This document shows, one piece after another, positions 19,515 to 28,133 of a stretch of 60,788 bases of DNA. Numbering within the stretch: position 1 is the stretch's first letter; each line of letters starts with the position of its first letter. Below the pieces are notes generated by a model. That model made no database searches, was not told the origin of the DNA, and saw only the letters and a program-made list of their open reading frames with translations. The stretch covers positions 1-60,788 of the forward strand of contig DYJR01000001.1 of assembly GCA_020723015.1 (NCBI GenBank), given 5' to 3'. A program made the translations under genes and the position numbers. The DNA comes from Arcobacter nitrofigilis. Its GTDB lineage: Bacteria; Campylobacterota; Campylobacteria; Campylobacterales; Arcobacteraceae.

Positions 19515-19523
19515 ATTATACCA
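19515..19523 (-). promoter_or_regulatory. Extended -10 (TGnTATAAT) for flaG-fliY-motAB
   Basis: TGGTATAAT about 35 nt upstream of the flaG start. Confidence 0.7.
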
Positions 19524-19581
19524 CATAAAAGGTAAAAAGTAAAAGGTAAAATAGACGAAAATAAAATAATGGTAAAGTTTT

Positions 19582-21576
19582 TTAAAAACTTTCTAAAAAT
19601 TTATCAAATCCTACCAACTCTATATCTATAAGTGAATCTTCATAGGGTAGTTTGAAATATTGATTTATTGATGATAATTTTAGTTCATTAATAAGCATAA
19701 CGCCCGTAAGAAAATCAGCTCCATGGTCTTTTAACAAACTTTTTATAAGTGAAATCGTAAGCACCGCCTCGTTTAACATACCTGCTTGTAGATATGCAGC
19801 AACTTGTAGATAAAGGGTAAATTTATCCTCCATTTTATAGCTGTACTGTAAATTATCTAAGATTTCCAATGATTTTTTAGGATTACCTATATAAAGCTCT
19901 TTAAGTGCTTGGGTTCTTAAATATGTAGGTGTTTTATTACCGTAAATTTCAAAGTTGGCAAACGACAACATCCCTATACCTTTTAGCATATCGATATAAA
20001 AATCAGTAATAAGTAAAGGCCCTTGCAAAAAATTATTATTAAATTTCAAAGGTACTTTATCTTGCAGTCTTGAAAAATATTGAAATTCATTCTCTTTGTC
20101 ACCTTTTTTCAGTAAACTCAGCAAAAAGACCATAGGTTCTTTAGTATGTTCTTTCAATAACCTGCTGTTTTTAGGTATGGCTTTTTCCTCTTTCATCGCT
20201 TCTAAAAATTCCATAGCTTTTACAAATATACTATCAGCAAATACAGGGTCATTAATCATGATTTTAACTTGCAACTTATTGTTTACGCCGAGTTTATATA
20301 ACATCTGTCCGAAATAATTGTAAAGACCTTCATTACTAAGTATGTTGGATTCTATATATTTTTTCTCTTTTATATCAAGATTAATTCTTTTTGCACTAAT
20401 AAGAGTCATAGCAGCATAAAGTTTATTGCCTGGATTTAGCATATAGGCTTTTGAGAAATTTTTGTATGCATTATGAAAATCAAATATTTGAGCATAAGCA
20501 AGTCCTAAATTATAAAATTCATAAGACTTGGAACTGGTCTTAATAATCTTTGATAATTCATTGACTCTTATTACAGGGTCTTTTTTGATTTGTTCAAGCA
20601 ATGCACTATTATAAACCATCATACTATCAAGTCTACTTAAACTTTGTTCCGACTTATAAATAAACCCTTTTGCCATATCAAAAATAATCTCTTGCGTATC
20701 GGAAAAAATAAAAGGGGCAAAATAAAATAAGAAATCACTCACTCGTGTATCGTCAAAATTAGTAACTCTCTGTAAGTAAGTTGTATTTGAATATTTTTGC
20801 TTATTAAAAGTAATCACTAACGGCAATGTATAATGAGCTTTAAATCTATCCTTATCTTTATCAATCTCGACCAAATTCTCAAGCAACTTAGTTAAATCGT
20901 TAGTTTTAAGATTTTTATATACTTTAAGCCATAAAATTTTTTGCTTTAGTTCGGGATTAAGCGTTTTTGCATTTGCACGTTCTAAGAAGATCTCTGCTTG
21001 AGTGAAATTTTGCATTTTAAGATACAATAAAGCCTTTTTAAAATCATATTCATACTCCATGGTATTCAATACATCTAAAGCTTTAGAATACTCCTTGAGA
21101 AGAATAAGAGTATCGACTAACAATGCTTTCGTCTGTTCATTGAGATTAGAAGCTCTTTTTGTGGTTGCTAAAATGGACTCAAGATATTTTTCATCGTTTG
21201 TAATTTGGTATAAATAATAACTTGAACTCATATAAGCATAAGATTCATCGTACACATTTTCAGGATTTTCATAAATCATAGAAAAATATTTTTTTGCCTC
21301 ATCGAGATTCTCTATATTGTAATATGCTATTGCCATATTAAGATATGAAGGTACTTGAAGCAAGGATGAACTTTTCTTAAAACCTTCTATAGCTTCTTTG
21401 TAATTTTTTTGTTCCATAAGCCTCACGGCTTTATTAAACTCTAGATGAATCTCAATTTTATTTTTCGAATCAACCAAATTTTTATAATCAAATAATATAT
21501 CAGGATGAGACTTCAAAGTGTTAGCATTTAAAAAAAGAGGTAGAAATAAAAAATGAAATATGTAAATTTTTTTCAT
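19582..21576 (-). CDS. Exported TPR protein, PflB-like
   Basis: Start moved to MKKIYIF signal peptide; TPR motifs (YNLGLAYAQ, YLNMAIAYY); C-terminus recalls Campylobacter PflB. Confidence 0.6.
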   Translation of the reverse strand: MKKIYIFHFLFLPLFLNANTLKSHPDILFDYKNLVDSKNKIEIHLEFNKAVRLMEQKNYKEAIEGFKKSSSLLQVPSYLNMAIAYYNIENLDEAKKYFSMIYENPENVYDESYAYMSSSYYLYQITNDEKYLESILATTKRASNLNEQTKALLVDTLILLKEYSKALDVLNTMEYEYDFKKALLYLKMQNFTQAEIFLERANAKTLNPELKQKILWLKVYKNLKTNDLTKLLENLVEIDKDKDRFKAHYTLPLVITFNKQKYSNTTYLQRVTNFDDTRVSDFLFYFAPFIFSDTQEIIFDMAKGFIYKSEQSLSRLDSMMVYNSALLEQIKKDPVIRVNELSKIIKTSSKSYEFYNLGLAYAQIFDFHNAYKNFSKAYMLNPGNKLYAAMTLISAKRINLDIKEKKYIESNILSNEGLYNYFGQMLYKLGVNNKLQVKIMINDPVFADSIFVKAMEFLEAMKEEKAIPKNSRLLKEHTKEPMVFLLSLLKKGDKENEFQYFSRLQDKVPLKFNNNFLQGPLLITDFYIDMLKGIGMLSFANFEIYGNKTPTYLRTQALKELYIGNPKKSLEILDNLQYSYKMEDKFTLYLQVAAYLQAGMLNEAVLTISLIKSLLKDHGADFLTGVMLINELKLSSINQYFKLPYEDSLIDIELVGFDKFLESF

Positions 21577-21577
21577 A

Positions 21578-21919
21578 CTATACCATAGTATTGACTTGAG
21601 CATAAAGCTCATCTACCCTATTTTGCAAACTTGTAATTCTATGTTTTAATTCCGTATTCTCAAGCCTAAGCTTTTGCAAATCTTCACGTGCCGTATGAAG
21701 ATTATTTTGAGCATCTTCAAGAGTCTTCACTGACCCTTTAACCTGTCTTTCACTCTTAGTTATCAAATCTTGAAGTTTTTCGTTTTGTTCTTGCAATAAC
21801 TCTTTTTCCTCATTAACCTTTCTGTAAAGTGAAACATACACGTTTTTACCGGCAAAAAAGTATAATGCCAAAACTCCAAGAACTACGGTAAGTACAAAAT
21901 TCTCCAAATAAAACTCCAA
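21578..21919 (-). CDS. Hypothetical single-TM coiled-coil protein
   Basis: N-terminal TM, heptad-rich remainder; TTG start; coupled to the pflB-like gene. Confidence 0.75.
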   Translation of the reverse strand: MEFYLENFVLTVVLGVLALYFFAGKNVYVSLYRKVNEEKELLQEQNEKLQDLITKSERQVKGSVKTLEDAQNNLHTAREDLQKLRLENTELKHRITSLQNRVDELYAQVNTMV

Positions 21920-21926
21920 AATAATA

Positions 21927-22023
21927 TATTAGTGTTAGTGTATCGGTGTATTAGCGTACCGGTGTATTGGTATATTAGAAGTATTGACTATATAAGCTAA
22001 TATACCAATTACCAATATACTAA
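21927..22023. repeat. Degenerate 7-8 nt tandem repeats (TATTGGTG-like) in inverted arrangement
   Basis: tatcggtg tattagcg taccggtg tattggta tattag ... ctaata taccaat taccaata tactaa. Confidence 0.7.
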
Positions 22024-22024
22024 A

Positions 22025-23926
22025 TTACCGTTTAAGGTTAATCAATGTATTTAGCAATTCATCACTTGTGGTGATTGATTTTGCATTTGCCTCAAAAGCC
22101 CTTTGGAAAACCATTAGATTTACCAGTGACTCCGACAAGTCTGCCGTAGAAAGTTCTAGTGTTTTACCCTCTATTTTAGCAGTTTTATCATTGTTGATAT
22201 TAAATATCGGCTCACCTGATTCATTTGATTTAGTAACCAAGTTGTCACCTATCGGGATAAGTCCTCTTTCATTATTAAATAATGCTATAGCAACTTGACC
22301 TATCGCGAACTCTGCACCGTCTTGTTTCATAGTGATAAGACCTGAACTATCAACACTAAATTCACCGAAAGCCGAATCTGATATATTTAGTACATCCAAA
22401 CGTAACTGTAAACTATCTTGAGAAGCTGTTTGGTCAATCGTATTAATCATTTGAATAAATTCAGCACCTGCTCCACTCCATCCGCTATATGCAGAGTTTT
22501 TCTCTATAACGGTCGTTGTTGTAGTATTTTCTAAAGAACCATTTATGCTATAACCTGCATATTCCGGTTTAACTTCGACTACCATAGCACCGTTTACGTT
22601 TTTTGCCACAACATACGTACTTAAACTAGCATTGGCGTTGATATCAGCAATTATATCATCAATATTAGCCGGATCCGTAATAGCCAATGCAACCGTAGGA
22701 ACATTAATATTAACCTTAGTATCGGCATTATATATAGATATTTGATATGTATAATCATCGGTACCGTTCATAGTGCCTATATCGGTAGTCGTATAAACAT
22801 CCCTTTGTTGTCCGCTAACTGCGGCTAGTAAAGCTTCTTGTGCACTTTTAACTGCACCAAAACCCTTACCTATTACGGCAGATGTACCCTGAGTACTTAC
22901 AACACTACCTACAGATGTTGTACTACCTGACGTTTCAGCTACTTCACCTACGGTAAATATCTTACCTGGGATTAAAGATTCTATTTTCAAAGCTCCACCG
23001 GTTGAAGCTGTATTTAATGCAGTATTATCCGTAGTTTCGACTATACTTCCACTAGCACCTGCAGCAGTATATGCTTTAAAGCCTGGAATCGCAGAGATTT
23101 GATCAGCTAACTTTTTCATAGTAGTCGCATAATTGGTATCAAAACTTTGAGAATACTTTATACCGTTTATATATACGTACATTTGGCTACCATCCCCGCT
23201 AGCAGTACCATCAAGAGGAAATCTGATATAACTAACTTGAGCGATAGAAGGCGAAGATGTAGCTGAAGGGTCAGATTGATATGCAGTCAACTTAGTATTG
23301 TACTCACTAATAAGTGCCTCAACGTCTGAAATCTTACCGGACTTAGTTTTATACCCAGCACCCGTAAATACGCTTGAAGCATCCGCAGTAGCCGTCAACG
23401 TATAATCCGTCATTTTAGCGGTAATAGTTTCTATTTTGTTATTATGTCTTATTATTTTTGAAGCGGCAAGTTTTGTATAGTCATTTGTAAAATATGTAAT
23501 ATTTGGATTTGTTGTCTTTACATCTGTGTCAGAATCCACATTTGCCATAGCCCAACCTTGTACTTTATTACCTGCAGCATCTTGTAAAGTTCCATCCTCA
23601 CCCATACGAAAATTTCCTGCACGTGTATAGTATGTCTCACTACTTCCGCTACTTCTAGTATCGCTTACGGTAAAAAATCCTTGCCCCGATAATGCCATGT
23701 CGAAGCTTACTCCAGTAACTTTTAGGTTACCTTGAGTATAAAGCTTTTCCGCATCAAGGACTTTTGAACCCTTACCGATTTTATCTTGATACATCTGATC
23801 TGCAAAAGAGATTCTAGATGCTTTATATCCTACCGTATTAACATTGGCAATATTTGTTGCTTCATTATCCAAAGCTTTTTGGTGTGAAGACAATCCCGAA
23901 ATTCCTGTCCATAGTGCGCCAATCAT
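22025..23926 (-). CDS. flgE: Flagellar hook protein FlgE (long paralog)
   Basis: Start moved to MIGALWTG after AAAGGA; NIANVNTVGYK, YTRAGNF, QRAFEANAK. Confidence 0.93.
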   Translation of the reverse strand: MIGALWTGISGLSSHQKALDNEATNIANVNTVGYKASRISFADQMYQDKIGKGSKVLDAEKLYTQGNLKVTGVSFDMALSGQGFFTVSDTRSSGSSETYYTRAGNFRMGEDGTLQDAAGNKVQGWAMANVDSDTDVKTTNPNITYFTNDYTKLAASKIIRHNNKIETITAKMTDYTLTATADASSVFTGAGYKTKSGKISDVEALISEYNTKLTAYQSDPSATSSPSIAQVSYIRFPLDGTASGDGSQMYVYINGIKYSQSFDTNYATTMKKLADQISAIPGFKAYTAAGASGSIVETTDNTALNTASTGGALKIESLIPGKIFTVGEVAETSGSTTSVGSVVSTQGTSAVIGKGFGAVKSAQEALLAAVSGQQRDVYTTTDIGTMNGTDDYTYQISIYNADTKVNINVPTVALAITDPANIDDIIADINANASLSTYVVAKNVNGAMVVEVKPEYAGYSINGSLENTTTTTVIEKNSAYSGWSGAGAEFIQMINTIDQTASQDSLQLRLDVLNISDSAFGEFSVDSSGLITMKQDGAEFAIGQVAIALFNNERGLIPIGDNLVTKSNESGEPIFNINNDKTAKIEGKTLELSTADLSESLVNLMVFQRAFEANAKSITTSDELLNTLINLKR

Positions 23927-24057
23927 TTTAAATCCTTTTTTATGAGGTAAAAGGTAAAAAGTAAAAGGTATTACTACCCAACCCTTACCGTCTGAACAAA
24001 CAATGTTCATAACTTAACCCTTTATTGAAGAGCTAACTTATAAACACTTAGTAAAAT

Positions 24058-24103
24058 GGGATTGGCAATCCTACCAATTACCAATACACCAATTACCGAT
24101 AAA
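24058..24103. repeat. Degenerate ACCAATT/ACCAATAC tandem repeats
   Basis: taccaat taccaata caccaat taccgata between the two flgE genes. Confidence 0.65.
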
Positions 24104-24107
24104 CTAC

Positions 24108-25565
24108 TTACTTCTTAAGCTGTATAGCCACATTCAAAAACTCATCACTTGTAGTAATGGCTTTTGAGTTTGCCTCGAAAGCTCTTTGATAAACCATCAA
24201 GTTTGTTAAACTAGTTCCAAGTTCTGCATTACTCATCTCCAAAATAGTGTTTTTAACACTATTTAGCTGACCTGCTTCTATAGGCTCACCGCTAGCAAAA
24301 GTTTTACTGTATAGATTTTCACCAAGCGGTTTAAGGCTATGTACATCCGTAAAATAAGCCGTACTAACTTTACCGAGTACATAAGAGTGGTCACCTTGAT
24401 TCATTAAGATAACACCGTTTATAACCTCAGGTGTACCAAATCCGTTTGTGCTAATTCCTAGATTGTCAAGCTTTAATTGAATTTTGTCAACCTGCAAAGC
24501 AGCGGTATTTGATAAATCAACTCTATTTGTAAGCTCCAAAAACTCGGCTCCTGCTCTTTCAACCGCAGTTTGTAGTGCGACTCTTGCACTATCAACGGCA
24601 GCCAATCCGCTTCCTTTGACGGCATCGGTAACCGTGTTAACCAAATAATCATCATCATTTATTTTTGGGTTTGCAATGGTTACCTTTTGTCCAGGTATCA
24701 ATGAAGTTATAGTCAAAAGACCGGCAGAATCAACACTACTAGTAAGCCCTTTTGCCGAAGAAATTTGATCTGAAAGTTTATTCATCGTAGTTTGAGCGTC
24801 CGTATCAAAAGACTGTCTGTAAACAGTATTGTTTACAAATAGCTCAACATAATCGCCTTCCGCTACCAATTTTGTAGCAAAATCAGAATAATCTATAGTA
24901 CTAACCTGTGCCACACTCGATGTCCCCGCACTTAATGCCGGAGCTAATTCAGAAAGTTTTTGTCTATACTCGGTAGCCAATGCCTCTACGTCAGCCACCT
25001 TTGCACCTGCAGTTTTATAACCGTTACCGCTCATTGCACTTGTATCACTCGTAGCACTACTTGTATAATCGGTAGCTCTTGCATTAAAAGTCAAAACCTC
25101 ACTATCTTCAATAACAAGCTGAGAACCTAAATACTGATCATACGCCGATGTAAACTGTGTAGTCAAAGGATTCGTAGCCACTACACTTACAGAACTAATC
25201 GGGAAACCCATAACATTGAGTCCGCTAGGAGTTTGTAAAGTTCCGTCGGTACCCATTCTAAAATCTCCGGCACGAGTATAATATACTTCTTCCCTATCCC
25301 CTTTGACCATAAAAAAGCCCTTGCCATCTATAGCCATATCATAAGGATTGCCTGTTACTTTTAGATTGCCTTGGACAAAATTCTTTTGTACGGATTGAAG
25401 ATTTGAGCCTTTTCCCACACCGTTTTGGTACATCATATCGGCAAATGTTACACTATCACTTTTATAACCAGCCGTATTAACGTTTGATATATTATTTGAC
25501 TCAATATTTAAAGCCTGTTGAAAAGCACTAAGACCTGATATTCCGTTAAACAATGCACCTATCAT
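24108..25565 (-). CDS. flgE: Flagellar hook protein FlgE (short paralog)
   Basis: SNNISNVNTAGYK, YTRAGDF, QRAFEANSK; follows flgD. Confidence 0.9.
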   Translation of the reverse strand: MIGALFNGISGLSAFQQALNIESNNISNVNTAGYKSDSVTFADMMYQNGVGKGSNLQSVQKNFVQGNLKVTGNPYDMAIDGKGFFMVKGDREEVYYTRAGDFRMGTDGTLQTPSGLNVMGFPISSVSVVATNPLTTQFTSAYDQYLGSQLVIEDSEVLTFNARATDYTSSATSDTSAMSGNGYKTAGAKVADVEALATEYRQKLSELAPALSAGTSSVAQVSTIDYSDFATKLVAEGDYVELFVNNTVYRQSFDTDAQTTMNKLSDQISSAKGLTSSVDSAGLLTITSLIPGQKVTIANPKINDDDYLVNTVTDAVKGSGLAAVDSARVALQTAVERAGAEFLELTNRVDLSNTAALQVDKIQLKLDNLGISTNGFGTPEVINGVILMNQGDHSYVLGKVSTAYFTDVHSLKPLGENLYSKTFASGEPIEAGQLNSVKNTILEMSNAELGTSLTNLMVYQRAFEANSKAITTSDEFLNVAIQLKK

Positions 25566-25575
25566 AGTAAACCCT

Positions 25576-26055
25576 TTAGATTATCTTTGTAACACTATTA
25601 AAATCTATCAACTCTTGCTCATCGGAAATTATAAACTCCTGCGTTTCACTATTATACCCCAAAAGTCTACCGACGTTTAATTTAATCTCACCGTCTATAG
25701 ACTCAACTGAATTAACATGATACTCTTTATAAGAACCGTCATCACCATACTCTCCGTTTTGTACAATATGACCTATCAAGCCTGCAGACTGTGACAAAGC
25801 AGTTTGAGCAAAAGATTGTTGCAACGATTTCATAGTCTCAATAGTTTGAAGATTTGTCTCTATTGCACTCATTTGCATCTGTGATTGAAGCATATTTTGT
25901 GAATCCATAGGTTTTGTAGGATCTTGCATTTGGAGTTCGGTAAGCATCAATTTCAAGAAATCATTATTTGTTAATTTATCATTTGAAAGTGCCGTTGTAT
26001 AAGCATTACCGTAAGCATCGGTACTTGTTGAAGTTTGTACATTTTCTACTGCCAT
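25576..26055 (-). CDS. flgD: Hook cap FlgD
   Basis: DFLKLMLTELQMQDPTKPMD. Confidence 0.95.
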   Translation of the reverse strand: MAVENVQTSTSTDAYGNAYTTALSNDKLTNNDFLKLMLTELQMQDPTKPMDSQNMLQSQMQMSAIETNLQTIETMKSLQQSFAQTALSQSAGLIGHIVQNGEYGDDGSYKEYHVNSVESIDGEIKLNVGRLLGYNSETQEFIISDEQELIDFNSVTKII

Positions 26056-26066
26056 CTTAAATCCTT

Positions 26067-26354
26067 TTAGTTAAGTCCTTCTTCAAAGAAATATCTAACA
26101 ACATTGTCGGAATCCATAGCATCCTGAACTCTAACAGCCAATTTCTCATCCATAACTATAATATCTCCGGTACCCACGATTCGTTTATTTACATAAATAT
26201 CACCGCCTGCACCGGCAGTCTTATCAAGGGCTATTATATCACCCTCACCGAGTTCTAAAAATTCTTTCATACTGATATGACAGCTACCAAGCATTACATC
26301 AACTACAATTTCAGTATCTACTAAAACATCATAATCTCTATCGCTTATTTCCAT
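26067..26354 (-). CDS. fliN: Switch protein FliN
   Basis: SpoA/FliN domain; ATG start at MEISDRD. Confidence 0.85.
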   Translation of the reverse strand: MEISDRDYDVLVDTEIVVDVMLGSCHISMKEFLELGEGDIIALDKTAGAGGDIYVNKRIVGTGDIIVMDEKLAVRVQDAMDSDNVVRYFFEEGLN

Positions 26355-26383
26355 CACCAATATCCAAATTTTTATTTTAATAA

Positions 26384-26392
26384 ATTATATCA
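26384..26392 (-). promoter_or_regulatory. Extended -10 (TGATATAAT) for fliN-flgD-flgE
   Basis: TGnTATAAT about 30 nt upstream of fliN. Confidence 0.7.
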
Positions 26393-26457
26393 CAAAAATA
26401 ATAAGAAAGCAAATTAAAAAGAAGTTTTTACGAAAGTTAAACTAAGATAAAGAAAAG

Positions 26458-27132
26458 TTATACGATAGAGTCCAAAGTTTCAACCATTGAGGTAATTTTT
26501 GCCTCTATATTTCCATCAAAATTTCCAAGATCACTAGCAATCACGACTCCACCTGCGGTTACATTCGGGTCTTCATTTAAAACGATAAACGGTTGTAGCT
26601 GTAAATCGTGTTTCAAAACGGTATAATCTTTAGGATTTAAATGTATAGTTATCTTAGATGCAGTTTTAATTTTTGCTAAGATATTATTAATGGTCTCTTT
26701 AGCTATTTTAGATGAATTTTCTCCAAGTTCTATAGAAATTATTTTTTTTGCTATCGACATAGAAGTTTTTAAAATTTTAGCCTCTAACGCAAAAGTTGCT
26801 TGCTCAAAAAAAGATGCATACTGTTTCAGTTCTTTTATTGCGGTAACAACTTGTTTATCAAGTTCCTTTGAACCTACACCGTTGGACTCTATATTGTCTA
26901 TTTTGGTCTTTATATTACTAAGTTCCTCGAGAATCATGCTCAAATTGGCACTACTTTTCGATGATGAATTTATATCATTTTGAGAGTGTAAAACTGCATT
27001 ACCCGCACGTTGAAAATTTGGAATCTCAGGCTCAGATGTATTTCCTATAAATGAACCTAATTGATATGGAACGACCCCCTCATCTTTTTGTTTTACTATC
27101 TTCGCACCGGTGGTTACGTTATTTACAGCCAT
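26458..27132 (-). CDS. fliH: Flagellar assembly protein FliH
   Basis: IHLNPKD, GGVVIASDLGNFDG; follows fliG. Confidence 0.9.
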   Translation of the reverse strand: MAVNNVTTGAKIVKQKDEGVVPYQLGSFIGNTSEPEIPNFQRAGNAVLHSQNDINSSSKSSANLSMILEELSNIKTKIDNIESNGVGSKELDKQVVTAIKELKQYASFFEQATFALEAKILKTSMSIAKKIISIELGENSSKIAKETINNILAKIKTASKITIHLNPKDYTVLKHDLQLQPFIVLNEDPNVTAGGVVIASDLGNFDGNIEAKITSMVETLDSIV

Positions 27133-28133
27133 TATTGTTCCATTCCTCTATCTATAGTACCATCTTCTATCATTTTTTGGGCAACATCCAACATTTTTCT
27201 TTGTGCAACTTCAATATCCTTAATTTTAACTTTGGTTAGCATTTCAGACTCTTCTAAGAATCTATCTTTAGCCCTTTGACTCATAGCCGAAGTTACTTTA
27301 TCTATGTCTTCAGGAGCAGCATTTTTCATAGCTATCGCCACATCTGCCATATCTACGTTTTGTAAGATTTTTTGTACATATTCAGTATCAAGGTTAATTA
27401 AATCTTCAAATACAAACATATTTTCTTTAATTCTTTGAGAAAGAGTGCTATCAACACCTTCAATATTTTTAAGAATATCCTGAGCTTTTGGACCAAGACG
27501 ATTGAGCATATCTGCAACAACTTTTACACCGCCCACGTCTACGATAGACGATAATAAAGATTCTAATTTTTTCTCCAAAACAACAGACATTGTTCTAACA
27601 ACATCAGGAGATACGTCTTTTATGGTAGCCATTTGCATGGTTACCTTTACCTTTATGTCTTCATCTAACTGCGTCAATACTTCAGCTGCTTTTGCTGGTT
27701 CCATATGAGACAATATAACAGCCATAGTTTGTGGAGATTCATCCTTGATAAAGTCTGCAAGTTGCTTTGGATTAATAGCGTTTAGATACGTAAAAGATTG
27801 TGAAGCTATATGCATTTTTGATAATTTTGCCAAAATTCTTTCAGCTTCTTCTTTACCTAATGTTTTATATAAAATATCTTTTGCATAATCGAAACCGCCT
27901 GAACTAATAAAACCGCTAGAACGTGCCAAAACATGAAATTCGTTCAGTATAGCTAAAGAAACTTCTTTATCTATCGTTCTTATCGTAGAGATAGAAGTAG
28001 TTATTCTTTCAACCGTATCTTTAGGAAGGTGCTGAAAAATTTTAATAGTTGCTTCTTCACCTATAAGTACACAAAAGTTTGCAACTTTCTCCAGCATAGA
28101 CATGCCTTTTAGTGCATCTTTTTCGTCAGCCAT
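27132..28133 (-). CDS. fliG: Switch protein FliG
   Basis: GGFDYAK, ESPQT, GGVK, MFVFEDL, MSQRA. Confidence 0.97.
   Translation of the reverse strand: MADEKDALKGMSMLEKVANFCVLIGEEATIKIFQHLPKDTVERITTSISTIRTIDKEVSLAILNEFHVLARSSGFISSGGFDYAKDILYKTLGKEEAERILAKLSKMHIASQSFTYLNAINPKQLADFIKDESPQTMAVILSHMEPAKAAEVLTQLDEDIKVKVTMQMATIKDVSPDVVRTMSVVLEKKLESLLSSIVDVGGVKVVADMLNRLGPKAQDILKNIEGVDSTLSQRIKENMFVFEDLINLDTEYVQKILQNVDMADVAIAMKNAAPEDIDKVTSAMSQRAKDRFLEESEMLTKVKIKDIEVAQRKMLDVAQKMIEDGTIDRGMEQ

Noticed and set aside
23927-24010. 28-aa N-terminal extension of flgE in the ORF track
   Set aside because: The RBS and the paralog's MIGAL start place the true start at 23926; the extension translates leader and repeat DNA
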